Positions 47,401 through 56,614 of a DNA stretch of 64,000 nt are shown one piece after another. Positions within the stretch are counted from its first letter, which is position 1. Every line of letters begins with the position of its first letter. Position numbers and translations under genes: made by a program. A model generated the notes under the pieces. That model made no database searches. It was given only the letters and a program-made list of their open reading frames with translations, and was not told where the DNA came from. The stretch is from Gammaproteobacteria bacterium. Its GTDB lineage: Bacteria; Pseudomonadota; Gammaproteobacteria; JBCCGL01. The stretch spans positions 4,202,767 to 4,266,766 of the forward strand of contig OZ255836.1 in the NCBI GenBank assembly GCA_965277715.1. Direction: 5' to 3'.

Positions 47401-48464
47401 GTGGCTCACAACTGTGGCAGACATTGTGTGAGGCAGGCTTAGTGTCGGGCGCGATGCCAGAGGCCGGTGATACCCATTCGCCTTGGTATATCGCCGTCTT
47501 AATGGCTATCCTGGGATGGCTTGCCGCCGTATTTCTCCTTGGGTTCATCTTTGGGGGGTTGGGCATTCTCGAAAACCCGGTGGCCTTGTTCATCGTTGGT
47601 AGCCTGATGATCGGTGGCGCTTACCTGTTGTTGCGAAATAATCAGGCTGTCTTTGCCGAATACTTTTCTTTGACTGTCAGCCTGGCCGGGCAGGTATTAG
47701 TACTATGGGGGCTCTTCCTGTCGAACGATGCTGAAACATACCTCTTCTGGTTCACGATGATGACACTACATAGTGCACTGGCCTTTTTTATGCCGGGGGC
47801 TGTGCACCGGGTGTTTTCGGCTTATTTCGCCTGTATTGCTTTTATCGCGCTCTTAACTCTCTCGGGTGCGCAGCATCTTGGTGCCGGGCTGATACTGGGT
47901 TGTGTTGTATGGCTATGGTTAGCCGAATTTCGTTACGTCAAATACATGCCACAAATTCGTAGTGTGGGGTACGGATTGGTATTGGCATTACTCACTATCA
48001 AAGGCTTGTTGCTCGTACCATTCTTCAGTGATATCTGGTGGAGTGACAGTCCCCAGCCCGATATCTGGGTTCAGCCCTGGGCGGGGCAACTACTATCTGG
48101 TCTTGTTTTAGTTTATCTGGCCTGGCAGTTGCTGCATCGGCAGCATTGCGCGCCTGACAACAACCCGACGCCCCGAACCCTGGTTGCCGGATTGGGTGCT
48201 GCCGTTATTATTGCCGCTGCCTCATTTGAGGCAGCCGGTATTATTGTCGGTATCGTTATATTGCTACTTGGTTTTGTCGGCAGTAATCGAGTGCTTTTTG
48301 GTCTGGGTGGTGCCTCATTATTATTTTACATTTCGGCCTACTACTACCTGCTCGACAACACATTGTTGGTTAAATCAATGTCGTTGCTATCGCTTGCTAT
48401 TGTGTTATTTGGTTGCCGGTTTTGTCTGAACCGATTGGTAAAGGAGAGGCCTGTCGATGCGTAG
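47397..48464 (+). CDS. DUF4401-like integral membrane protein
   Basis: Start MSGSQLWQTL at an ATGA overlap with the previous stop. Polytopic, about 355 aa. The ORF-track start at 47241 is rejected. Confidence 0.6.
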   Translation: MSGSQLWQTLCEAGLVSGAMPEAGDTHSPWYIAVLMAILGWLAAVFLLGFIFGGLGILENPVALFIVGSLMIGGAYLLLRNNQAVFAEYFSLTVSLAGQVLVLWGLFLSNDAETYLFWFTMMTLHSALAFFMPGAVHRVFSAYFACIAFIALLTLSGAQHLGAGLILGCVVWLWLAEFRYVKYMPQIRSVGYGLVLALLTIKGLLLVPFFSDIWWSDSPQPDIWVQPWAGQLLSGLVLVYLAWQLLHRQHCAPDNNPTPRTLVAGLGAAVIIAAASFEAAGIIVGIVILLLGFVGSNRVLFGLGGASLLFYISAYYYLLDNTLLVKSMSLLSLAIVLFGCRFCLNRLVKERPVDA

Positions 48465-48990
48465 AAATTTAGCATTGCTCTCGATGGTGGTGATTCTGGC
48501 TGGCATTAACGGATCGATCTGGAATAAAGAAAAGCACCTCGCGATGGGTGATATTGTTTATCTCGATCTAGTGCCGGTTGATCCGCGCTCATTAATGCAG
48601 GGCGATTATATGGCCTTGCGTTTTCGCATCGGCGAGGAGGTTTATCAGGCCTTGCCAAAAAGTGAGGAATATAAGCGTTGGCGTCATAATGCCGACGCTG
48701 AAGATGGCTATGTCGTCGTCGCGCTGGATGATAGAAGCATCGCCCGGTTTAAACGGTTGTACAGCGAGGGCGAACCGCTAGCTGAAAACGAATTGCGATT
48801 GCGTTATCGGGTTCGCAATGGTGCGGTCAAGTTCGCGACCAATGCGTTTTTCTTTGAAGAGGGTCAGGGTGAGGTGTATCAGCCTGCTCGCTATGGTCAA
48901 TTTCGAGCCGATGAATCGGGTGAGCTGTTACTGGTTGCGATGTACGATAAGGATCTGCTTAAGCTTGAAGCCAATGGGGAAGGTTCGTAA
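48457..48990 (+). CDS. GDYXXLXY-domain protein
   Basis: 177-aa ORF with an N-terminal TM/signal segment and the eponymous motif GDYMALRF. It overlaps the previous gene by 8 nt. Confidence 0.7.
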   Translation: MRRNLALLSMVVILAGINGSIWNKEKHLAMGDIVYLDLVPVDPRSLMQGDYMALRFRIGEEVYQALPKSEEYKRWRHNADAEDGYVVVALDDRSIARFKRLYSEGEPLAENELRLRYRVRNGAVKFATNAFFFEEGQGEVYQPARYGQFRADESGELLLVAMYDKDLLKLEANGEGS

Positions 48991-48992
48991 CC

Positions 48993-49607
48993 TTATTGGG
49001 GTAGCTTTTCCTGAGCTGAAGTTTCCCTTGCATCGAATTCGGCGATTCTCTCATCGCCGCACTTTCCCACTACCTCGTGCAGCTTTTTTACATAAGGCAT
49101 TAACACAGCCAATTGTTCACGGGTGATTTTATAACGCCGATCATAGCGTGCGCCGATATAGGCGTAGTCCAATAACTCAAATAATGTTCTTTGTGCGTCG
49201 GTTTCGCGGGGTAGCACACCGATAAGATCAGGGCAGTAGTCTGCGGCTAAATCCTCCAGAATATCGAGGTGGTGTTCTTGCGGGCTTTCAGCGGCGAAGA
49301 TCAGCAAAATGGTTTTATAGGCGTGTTCGCATGCCTGGTGTAATTCAAATGCAGCCAGCTTGTAACTCTCCCGGTCAAAGTTTGTATTGCTGCTGATAAA
49401 AAACTCTTTGGCAAATACAAACACTTCATCCAGATCGGCCTGGATAAGCCGCTTCTCCTGCGCAGGGGCTCGCACTCGATTTTGATCAAATTCCAGATTG
49501 CCGCTGTCATACAGCGATATGCCCTGCTGTATGATTTCGGTAAAAAAATATTGCCCCTGGCGGAGCTTGTAATTGATGAAGTCAATATCTCGGGCAAGAA
49601 TGCGCAC
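48993..49607 (-). CDS. HEPN-domain protein; 5'-truncated nucleotidyltransferase-HEPN fusion
   Basis: HEPN-like helices (...ELHQACEHAYKTILL...LLDYAYIGARYDRRY). The frame stays open upstream to 49736 and reads SDYDILAVTRHEY..., the distal part of a minimal nucleotidyltransferase domain. The GS...D catalytic head and any start codon are missing. Confidence 0.6.
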   Translation of the reverse strand: MRILARDIDFINYKLRQGQYFFTEIIQQGISLYDSGNLEFDQNRVRAPAQEKRLIQADLDEVFVFAKEFFISSNTNFDRESYKLAAFELHQACEHAYKTILLIFAAESPQEHHLDILEDLAADYCPDLIGVLPRETDAQRTLFELLDYAYIGARYDRRYKITREQLAVLMPYVKKLHEVVGKCGDERIAEFDARETSAQEKLPQ

Positions 49608-49855
49608 GTAGGCGCTGACGTTTAACCCCGCGCAGGCGTCTTTGATTGTGTCCCAAAGTGCGATATTTGTCGCGATATACTCGTGGCGGGTAACGGCAAG
49701 GATGTCGTAGTCGCTCCTTTGTAGACATTGGGGCTTTTATATCGGGTACTTTGCAGGGAATGGTGGCAGGCAAGCCGGTGTTACAGGTAATATGCTGCCC
49801 GTGCCAGGCCGTGCAGCGGCTTAGGTTAAAAACCCAAAAAAACCTGGAGGAAGCA

Positions 49856-50995
49856 ATGAAAAAAATCTTATCTGGTATCGCCGCAGCCGGGCTGGCGATG
49901 TGTGTGTCGACAGCCTCGATGGCGACGGTGAAAATTGGCATGATTACCACGCTGTCCGGCGGTGGTTCCGGGCTGGGCATCGATGTGCGCGATGGCTTTA
50001 TGCTGGCGGTTTCGCAGTCGGGCCGCGACGATATTGAGGTGTTGATTGAAGACGATACCCGCAAGCCCGATGTCGCTAAGAAAATCGCCAATAAGTTTAT
50101 CCAAAAAGATAAGGTGCAAATTCTCACGGGTATTATCTGGTCTAACCTGGCGATGGCCGTGGTGCCCGCCGCCGTGCGCGAGGGGGTGTTTTACCTCAGT
50201 CCCAACGCGGGCCCTTCGCAGTTAGCGGGCAAGGGTTGCCATGAAAATTACTTCAACGTCGCCTGGCAGAATGACAATCTGCACGAGGCGATGGGCGGTT
50301 ATGCCAGTGAGAGCGCCTACAAAAATACGTTTATTCTGGCGCCAAATTACCCGGCGGGAAAAGACGCCCTGACCGGCTATAAACGTTTCTATAAGGGCGC
50401 GATTGCCGGTGAGATCTATACCAAGCTGGGGCAAAAGGATTACGCCGCCGAGATTGCCCAGGTGCGTGCGGCAAACCCGGATTCGATTTTCTTTTTTCTG
50501 CCGGGCGGTATGGGTATTTCGTTTATGAAACAGCTCGCCCAGTCCGGTATCGATGTGCCGGTACTCGGCCCGGCTTTTTCCTTTGATCAGGGCATTTTAA
50601 AGGCGGTGGGTGATGCGGCGCTGGGGGTTAAGAATGCCTCGCAGTGGAATAAGGATATCGATAACAGTGCGAATAAAGCCTTTGTCGACAGCTTTCAAAA
50701 AGAATATGGCCGTCTGCCGTCGCTGTATGCCTCGCAGGGGTATGACACCGCCCGCTTGATTCTCGCCGCGCTGGATAAAGCCAGTGTCGACGATGCCGCC
50801 GGTTTTCGTGACGCGCTGAAAGCGGCTGATTTTGACTCGGTGCGCGGTAAGTTTTCATTCGCTAAAAACAACCACCCGATTCAGGATATTTATGTGCGCG
50901 AGGTGGTCAGGGAGGGCGATGTATTGACCAATAAGATTATCAGTGTGGGCCTCAAAGACCACGCCAATGCGTATGTGGATGACTGCACTTTATAA
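49856..50995 (+). CDS. ABC transporter substrate-binding protein (Leu/Ile/Val-binding family)
   Basis: Start MKKILSGIAAAGLAMCVSTASMA (signal peptide), preceded by GGAGGA. It has a type-1 periplasmic binding fold pattern. The ORF-track start at 49751 is rejected. Confidence 0.88.
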   Translation: MKKILSGIAAAGLAMCVSTASMATVKIGMITTLSGGGSGLGIDVRDGFMLAVSQSGRDDIEVLIEDDTRKPDVAKKIANKFIQKDKVQILTGIIWSNLAMAVVPAAVREGVFYLSPNAGPSQLAGKGCHENYFNVAWQNDNLHEAMGGYASESAYKNTFILAPNYPAGKDALTGYKRFYKGAIAGEIYTKLGQKDYAAEIAQVRAANPDSIFFFLPGGMGISFMKQLAQSGIDVPVLGPAFSFDQGILKAVGDAALGVKNASQWNKDIDNSANKAFVDSFQKEYGRLPSLYASQGYDTARLILAALDKASVDDAAGFRDALKAADFDSVRGKFSFAKNNHPIQDIYVREVVREGDVLTNKIISVGLKDHANAYVDDCTL

Positions 50996-51037
50996 ACCGC
51001 TTTTTCCGGGTTGCAGATCTGCAACCCGGACGCTTCA

Positions 51038-51964
51038 ATGACCTTTGCGCTTTTTCTTGAGCAGCTATTAAACGGCCTACAGCTCGGCATTATGTTGTTT
51101 TTGACGGCGGCCGGGTTGACCCTGGTTTTTGGGGTGATGGGGCTGATTAATCTGGCGCACGGTTCGCTGTATATGACCGGCGCGTTTTTTTGTGCCTGGG
51201 TGTCTCAGGTTTCCGGTTCGTTCTGGCTGGGGCTGGTGGCCGGTTTGCTGTGTGCCGCCGCTGCCGGTGCGCTGATTGAGGTGTTGGTTGTGCGCACCCT
51301 GTATGACCGTGGGCACCTCGACCAGGTGTTGGCCACGTTTGCCTTGATTCTGATTTTCAGTGAAGGGGCCAGCCTGTTGTTTGGCGCCCGGCCACTTTAC
51401 CTGGATATACCCGCGCTGCTCTCCGGTGCTGTGGCGTTGCCAGGGGGTGGTCAGTACCCGGTTTATCGCCTGGCGATTATCGCTATTGGCCTGCTGTTGG
51501 CGGTGGCTTTGTATTATCTGATTACACAAACCCGGCTCGGGATGCGTATCCGGGCGGGGGAGTCTGATCGGGAGATGATCGGGGCGCTCGGCGTGAATAT
51601 CAAAAATCTGTACACCTTGGTCTTTGCTCTGGGGGCCGGGCTTGCCGGTGTCGCCGGAGGGCTGGTGGGGGCGATTCAGTCGGTGCAGGTGGGTATGGGG
51701 GAGCCTGTGCTGATTTTGTCATTTGTGGTGATTGTTATCGGTGGTATTGGCTCGATTAAGGGCGCCCTGGTCGGCGCGGTGCTGGTCGGCGTTGTCGATA
51801 CCATGGGCCGGGTGTTTTTGCCGGGGTTTTTCAAGTTGTTCTTACCCGCAGCCGAGGCCACGGCAATTGGCAGCTCGTTGTCGTCGGTGGCGATTTACGT
51901 GCTGATGGCGGGGGTGTTGCTATGGCGGCCAAAGGGTTTGTTTCCCGCTAACGGGCACCACTGA
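51038..51964 (+). CDS. Branched-chain amino acid ABC permease (LivH-like)
   Basis: About 308-aa polytopic ORF beginning MTFALFLEQLLNGL, typical of LivH. Confidence 0.88.
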   Translation: MTFALFLEQLLNGLQLGIMLFLTAAGLTLVFGVMGLINLAHGSLYMTGAFFCAWVSQVSGSFWLGLVAGLLCAAAAGALIEVLVVRTLYDRGHLDQVLATFALILIFSEGASLLFGARPLYLDIPALLSGAVALPGGGQYPVYRLAIIAIGLLLAVALYYLITQTRLGMRIRAGESDREMIGALGVNIKNLYTLVFALGAGLAGVAGGLVGAIQSVQVGMGEPVLILSFVVIVIGGIGSIKGALVGAVLVGVVDTMGRVFLPGFFKLFLPAAEATAIGSSLSSVAIYVLMAGVLLWRPKGLFPANGHH

Positions 51965-51965
51965 A

Positions 51966-53021
51966 ATGAGCAGTCAACGACCAGAGCAGTGGATCAACGG
52001 TGTACTGTTTGGTCTGTTGGTCGCCTGCCCGTTGCTGGCCAGCGCTTTGGATGAAGCGTTTTATATTTCCCTGACTACGCAAATTGTTGTACTGGCGATG
52101 GCCGGTGTGGGGCTTAATCTGGCGCTCGGTGTGGGGGGGATGGTCAGCTTTGGGCACGCGGCTTTTTTTGGTCTCGGTGGTTATGTGGCGGGTATTTTCG
52201 CCTACCATGCGTTTGAGTCCTCGCTGTTGTTTAGCTGGCCGTTTGCCGTTGCGGGCAGCGATCAGTTGTTGTTGATCTGGCCGGTGGCGCTGTTGGTGAG
52301 TGCTGTGGTTGCGCTGTTTATCGGTGCTTTGTCGCTGCGCACGGCGGGGGTGTACTTTATTATGATTACCCTCGCTTTTGCACAAATGATCTATTACCTG
52401 GCGGTGTCTGTGCCCACCTATGGCGGTGAGGATGGTTTGTCGATTTACCTGCGCAATCAATTGCCTTTGGTGGATACGGGTAACCCGCTGGTGTTTTGTT
52501 TTATCTGTATTGCGCTGTTGTTTTTGGTTTTGCATATTTTCTGGCGTATTAACGGCTCGCGTTTTGGGGTGGCCTTGCAGGCATCGCACAGCAATTCGGT
52601 ACGGCTCGCCACGGTCGGTATCGCGCCCTTTAGGGTGCAGCTAACGGCCTTTGTTATCTCCGCGATGATGACCGGCTTGGCGGGGGCTTTGTATGCGGAT
52701 TTAAATGGTTTTGTCGGGCCATCGATGTTGTCCTGGCAGCGCTCCGGGGAGATTATGGTGATCGTGATTCTCGGTGGCGTGGGGCGGCTCGCCGGGCCGC
52801 TTGTGGGGGCTGTTGTGTTAGTTCTGTTGGAGACTTTTTTGGGTGAGTGGACGGCACACTGGCAAATCTTCCTCGGCTTTGCATTGCTGGGTATTGTGCT
52901 GTACGCCAGAGGTGGGGTGATGGGTTTGTTGTTGTCGGTTATCTCCCGCGTGGCGCATCGGCTGGCGAATGGCGGGCCGAATCGTCGGGGTACAACTCTC
53001 TCAGAGAATCGGCATGGATAA
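51966..53021 (+). CDS. Branched-chain amino acid ABC permease (LivM-like)
   Basis: 351-aa polytopic ORF immediately after the LivH-like gene. Confidence 0.85.
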   Translation: MSSQRPEQWINGVLFGLLVACPLLASALDEAFYISLTTQIVVLAMAGVGLNLALGVGGMVSFGHAAFFGLGGYVAGIFAYHAFESSLLFSWPFAVAGSDQLLLIWPVALLVSAVVALFIGALSLRTAGVYFIMITLAFAQMIYYLAVSVPTYGGEDGLSIYLRNQLPLVDTGNPLVFCFICIALLFLVLHIFWRINGSRFGVALQASHSNSVRLATVGIAPFRVQLTAFVISAMMTGLAGALYADLNGFVGPSMLSWQRSGEIMVIVILGGVGRLAGPLVGAVVLVLLETFLGEWTAHWQIFLGFALLGIVLYARGGVMGLLLSVISRVAHRLANGGPNRRGTTLSENRHG

Positions 53022-53036
53022 GCCACGCTTAGGTGT

Positions 53037-53894
53037 TTGCGCCGGTCTGGCCCGGCGGTCGTTTTCCCCTGCACGCAAAGGCGAAAGGGTGCGGTTTTGG
53101 TAGCGAAAGAACGTGGCAATAGCCTCTGGGATAAACCAGTGGAAGTGGCTGAACCACGCTTGCGGCTCGATGGGGTGAGTAAGTCATTTGGGGCGATTCG
53201 TGCCACAGATGATGTGTCGTTGGCTTTTGCGGATAATCGCATCCATGCACTGATTGGTCCCAATGGTGCGGGCAAGTCCACGCTGATTCAGCAAATAGCG
53301 GGGTGGCTGAGGCCGGATGCCGGTCGCATTGTGTTTGGTGGTGAGGATATTACTGCGTTGTCTGTTGCCGGGCGGGTGAAAAAAGGCTTGGCGCGCACGT
53401 TTCAGGTGTCATCGCTGGTGCAGGATTTTACGGTGCTTGGCAATGTGCGCCTGGCGATTATGGCCAGGCAGGGCAGTTGTTACCGGTTCTGGAAGCCGGT
53501 AAAGCATGACAGTGTGTTTATTCAGCAGTCGATGGCGGTATTGGCGCGTGTCGGTCTGGACGCCCGTGCGAAGGTGTTGACGCGGGCGTTGTCACACGGT
53601 GAGCGCCGACAGCTTGAGCTTGCCTGTGCGCTGGCGCTGGAACCCAAGGTGTTGTTGCTCGATGAGCCGATGGCGGGGCTGGGTTTGGATGGCTCGAAGC
53701 GCATGACGGGTCTGCTCGACAGTCTGCGCGATGAGGTGTCGATTGTATTGGTCGAGCATGATATGGATGCTGTGTTTGCTTTGGCAGATGATATTTCGGT
53801 GTTGGTGTATGGGGGGGTGGTTGCTACAGGTTCGCCTGATGTTATTCGTACTTCGCGGGTTGTGCGGGGGGCTTATTTGGGCGGAGAGGGGTAG
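53037..53894 (+). CDS. ABC transporter ATP-binding protein (LivG-like)
   Basis: Walker A GPNGAGKST, signature LSHGERRQLE, Walker B LLLDEPMAGL. The start is uncertain: TTG at 53037, or in-frame GTG at 53139 or 53145. Confidence 0.88.
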   Translation: MRRSGPAVVFPCTQRRKGAVLVAKERGNSLWDKPVEVAEPRLRLDGVSKSFGAIRATDDVSLAFADNRIHALIGPNGAGKSTLIQQIAGWLRPDAGRIVFGGEDITALSVAGRVKKGLARTFQVSSLVQDFTVLGNVRLAIMARQGSCYRFWKPVKHDSVFIQQSMAVLARVGLDARAKVLTRALSHGERRQLELACALALEPKVLLLDEPMAGLGLDGSKRMTGLLDSLRDEVSIVLVEHDMDAVFALADDISVLVYGGVVATGSPDVIRTSRVVRGAYLGGEG

Positions 53895-53997
53895 CTAGTG
53901 TCCTGTCAATTCTGGATGGGTACGGGGTTAGTGGGTTTCGCTCGTGGTGTTTCAGTGTTTTTTCTTTACTCTTTACAGAGCGAAGCTACCGCTTCTC

Positions 53998-54103
53998 GGT
54001 AACTGCTCCTGCGTTACTCTATCTCCTGTATCCATACAGTCGTCGGCAACTGCTCCTGCGTTGCTCTATCTCCTGTATCCATACAGTCGCCGGCAACTGC
54101 TCC
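53998..54103. repeat. Tandem repeat, 47 bp x about 2.3, each unit with hairpin CTGTATccATACAG
   Basis: Units at 53998-54044 and 54045-54091 differ at 4 positions (3 within the shared core). A partial third unit reaches 54103. The ORF 53944-54234 across it is judged spurious. Confidence 0.9.
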
Positions 54104-54187
54104 TTGTGGAAAGCAGCCCGATCGATCGCAATAATCGATGGCCATTGCACCCTATCGATTTCCCAGAGATTGATAAAAGCCAGCTAA

Positions 54188-54325
54188 GGAACGTGCGCGA
54201 AATAAATTCCATTTTTATAACGTTATTTAAATAACACACTGTGTTTTAATAACGCGTTCAACCAACTCAGATATAAGGTAAATCGGTGTATTTACGAGCC
54301 CCGGAATTTATTTTGTGCACGTTCT
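54188..54325. mobile_element. 138-bp MITE copy B (inverted relative to copy A)
   Basis: GGAACGTGCGCGAAATAAATTCC...GGAATTTATTTTGTGCACGTTCT. Its reverse complement aligns end to end with 31083-31220. It lies in the livG-livF spacer. Confidence 0.75.
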
Positions 54326-54375
54326 TTATCTGGGTGATTTTGTACACTCATTAACCTAGAGTTGGAGAAGTACTT

Positions 54376-55062
54376 GTGTTGCAGGTGCAAAATATCAGTG
54401 CTTGGTATGCCAGTTCGCAGGCTTTATTCGATGTCAGCCTGGATATTGGCGAGGGGGAAATGGTGGCCCTGATGGGCCGTAATGGTATGGGTAAAACCAC
54501 AACCATTCGCGCTATTTGCCGGTTGACGCCACCCGCTACCGGTGGCGTTATACTGTGCAGTGAAAACCTCGCTGATTTGCCAGCGCACGCGGTGGCGCAG
54601 CGGGGTATCGGCCTGGTGCCAGAGGGGCGGCGGATTTTCCCCAATTTGTCGGTACAGGAAAATCTATTGGTCACTGCGCGTGATGGACGCTGGGATTTAG
54701 CTGCTGTATATGCATTTTTTCCACAGTTGGCGCAACGCAAACAGCAGTCGGGCGGAACGCTTTCAGGGGGAGAGCAACAAATGCTGGCGATTGGCCGGGC
54801 ACTGATGACCAACCCAAAGCTATTAATTCTCGATGAAGCCACCGAGGGGCTGGCTCCGCTGGTGCGCCGGGAAATCTGGTCGGCGATTCACGCGCTCAAA
54901 GATCAGGGGCAATCGGCATTGATTGTCGATAAAACCATCGATGAGTTACTGCCGGTGGTGAATCGCTGTTTTATTCTGGAAAAGGGTGTGAGCGTTTGGT
55001 CTGGCAGTGCAGTTGAGCTGGCGGCGCAACCCGCCGTTAAAGACCGTTACCTGGGAGTGTAG
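54376..55062 (+). CDS. ABC transporter ATP-binding protein (LivF-like)
   Basis: Walker A GRNGMGKTT, signature LSGGEQQMLA, Walker B LILDEATEGLAP. Confidence 0.9.
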   Translation: MLQVQNISAWYASSQALFDVSLDIGEGEMVALMGRNGMGKTTTIRAICRLTPPATGGVILCSENLADLPAHAVAQRGIGLVPEGRRIFPNLSVQENLLVTARDGRWDLAAVYAFFPQLAQRKQQSGGTLSGGEQQMLAIGRALMTNPKLLILDEATEGLAPLVRREIWSAIHALKDQGQSALIVDKTIDELLPVVNRCFILEKGVSVWSGSAVELAAQPAVKDRYLGV

Positions 55063-55079
55063 ACATTAATAAGAAAACC

Positions 55080-55676
55080 TTGCGCAGGCAGTTGCAGGCG
55101 CTGGCCGATAAGGACGCGGATATCGCTACAGGCCTGGCGTTGGTGGGATACCCGGAACCCCGCGTTCGGCCAGAGGGAATGGAAACTTTCTTATCGATCG
55201 TCGTCGGCCAGCAGATTTCGACGGAAGCGGCGGCGGCCATTATGGGGCGGGTGCGGGTGTTGTTACCGGATATCACCGCCAGTGCATTATTGGCCCTACC
55301 AGATGACGCGCTGCGCATTGCGGGTCTGTCAAACCGAAAAGTGGAATACGCCTATGGTCTGGCCAATGCAATTGAAAGCGGTGCGTTACAACTGGATCAG
55401 TTTCACCAGCAGGACGATGCCTGTGTTATTGAACAAATCACGGCATTGCGTGGCTTTGGCCGCTGGAGTGCTGAAATTTATCTGATGTTCTCTCTGCAAC
55501 GCGAGGATGTATTTCCCGCTGATGATCTGGCCTTGCAGGTCGCGCTGCAAAAGCTCAAGCGTATGCGTGCACGGCCCACACCGAAAAAGGCGCGTGAGAA
55601 AGTGGCTCGCTGGTCGCCGTATCGCAGTGTGGGGAGTTTATTTTTGTGGCATTACTACCGGGGGGCACCGGGCTAA
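55080..55676 (+). CDS. DNA-3-methyladenine glycosylase II-like (HhH-GPD superfamily)
   Basis: 198-aa ORF: ...FLSIVVGQQISTEAAAAI..., GLSNRKVEY, GFGRWSAEIYLMF...DVFPADDLAL. Confidence 0.8.
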   Translation: MRRQLQALADKDADIATGLALVGYPEPRVRPEGMETFLSIVVGQQISTEAAAAIMGRVRVLLPDITASALLALPDDALRIAGLSNRKVEYAYGLANAIESGALQLDQFHQQDDACVIEQITALRGFGRWSAEIYLMFSLQREDVFPADDLALQVALQKLKRMRARPTPKKAREKVARWSPYRSVGSLFLWHYYRGAPG

Positions 55677-55924
55677 ACAATAGCTCTTACCCCAGGTCGA
55701 GCCTGACCCCAATACCGCTTTATTGACTATGCCATGGGAAAAAGTATCAAGAAAAAGGAGCAGGGGAAATGTCATTATTCAGCACGCTAATAACGTCATT
55801 AACCGCCAATGATCTGTTACTGGCAGATCGTACTGTGCTTATGCTGTTTTAGCCTCTCTAGAATCGAAAGGGGTGGTAATATGCGCGCCACTTTACTTTA
55901 TTTTCACGATGGTTAGACAAAGCA

Positions 55925-56614
55925 TTGAGCACTGCAAAGAGTTTTAAACACGGTCTCTTGTCTTCCGGTAGTTACTTCCTGTCGACTTCTATTTTTGGTG
56001 TTCTGTTCGGTATCGCTGCCGTTTCTGCGGATGTCTCAGATTGGCAGGCGTTACTTATGTCGGTATCTGTGTTCAGCGCGTCAGCACAATTTGTTTCACT
56101 CGAATTCTGGCAACAACCGCTACCAATTGCCACCATCGCACTGTCTGTCGCATTAGTTAGTGCGCGCAATCTATTACTCGGCATGTCGATGACCCATCAT
56201 TTTGATGGTCATAGTATGAAACGCAGAGTGATTTGTTTGTTTATTTTGAATGATCCCGGTGTTATTACATCATTTCAACTCGAACCCCCGGTTGATCGTC
56301 TTAGCTATGTGACCGGGTATGGCGTTGCGCTAATGACAGCCTGGTTATTATCAACCTGGACGGGTTTGCAACTGGCCGAATGGTTTGCCAGTACCGATCT
56401 GGGTTCATTAAGGTTCGCCGGGCCTCTGGTGATGGCAACGATGATGATGTTGTTTATAAAAGGGTCTACGTCGAGCCCGGTTCCATGGGTTGTGTCAGGG
56501 TTAGTTGCGCTAGCCCTATTTGAGGTTGCCGCGCCCAATTACGTTATTCTTTTGGGTTCGGTCGTGGTCGGTGTTATCGCTGCGGTTATACAGAGTAAAC
56601 GCCGCAATGATTGA
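55925..56614 (+). CDS. azlC: AzlC-family branched-chain amino acid exporter subunit
   Basis: 229-aa polytopic ORF followed by an overlapping AzlD-sized partner. Confidence 0.75.
   Translation: MSTAKSFKHGLLSSGSYFLSTSIFGVLFGIAAVSADVSDWQALLMSVSVFSASAQFVSLEFWQQPLPIATIALSVALVSARNLLLGMSMTHHFDGHSMKRRVICLFILNDPGVITSFQLEPPVDRLSYVTGYGVALMTAWLLSTWTGLQLAEWFASTDLGSLRFAGPLVMATMMMLFIKGSTSSPVPWVVSGLVALALFEVAAPNYVILLGSVVVGVIAAVIQSKRRND

Noticed and set aside
49582-50127. 181-aa minus-strand ORF across the liv-type promoter and binding-protein start
   Set aside because: It is antisense to the binding-protein gene. Its 3' portion is merely the wrong frame of the truncated nucleotidyltransferase-HEPN region.
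51948-53281. Two long minus-strand ORFs (213 aa and 274 aa) opposite the LivM/LivG-like genes
   Set aside because: These are antisense shadows with extreme Arg/Gln/Pro/Thr composition.
53944-54234. 96-aa ORF in the livG-livF spacer
   Set aside because: It is translated from tandem repeats and the MITE end, and its internal peptide repeats simply mirror the DNA repeats.
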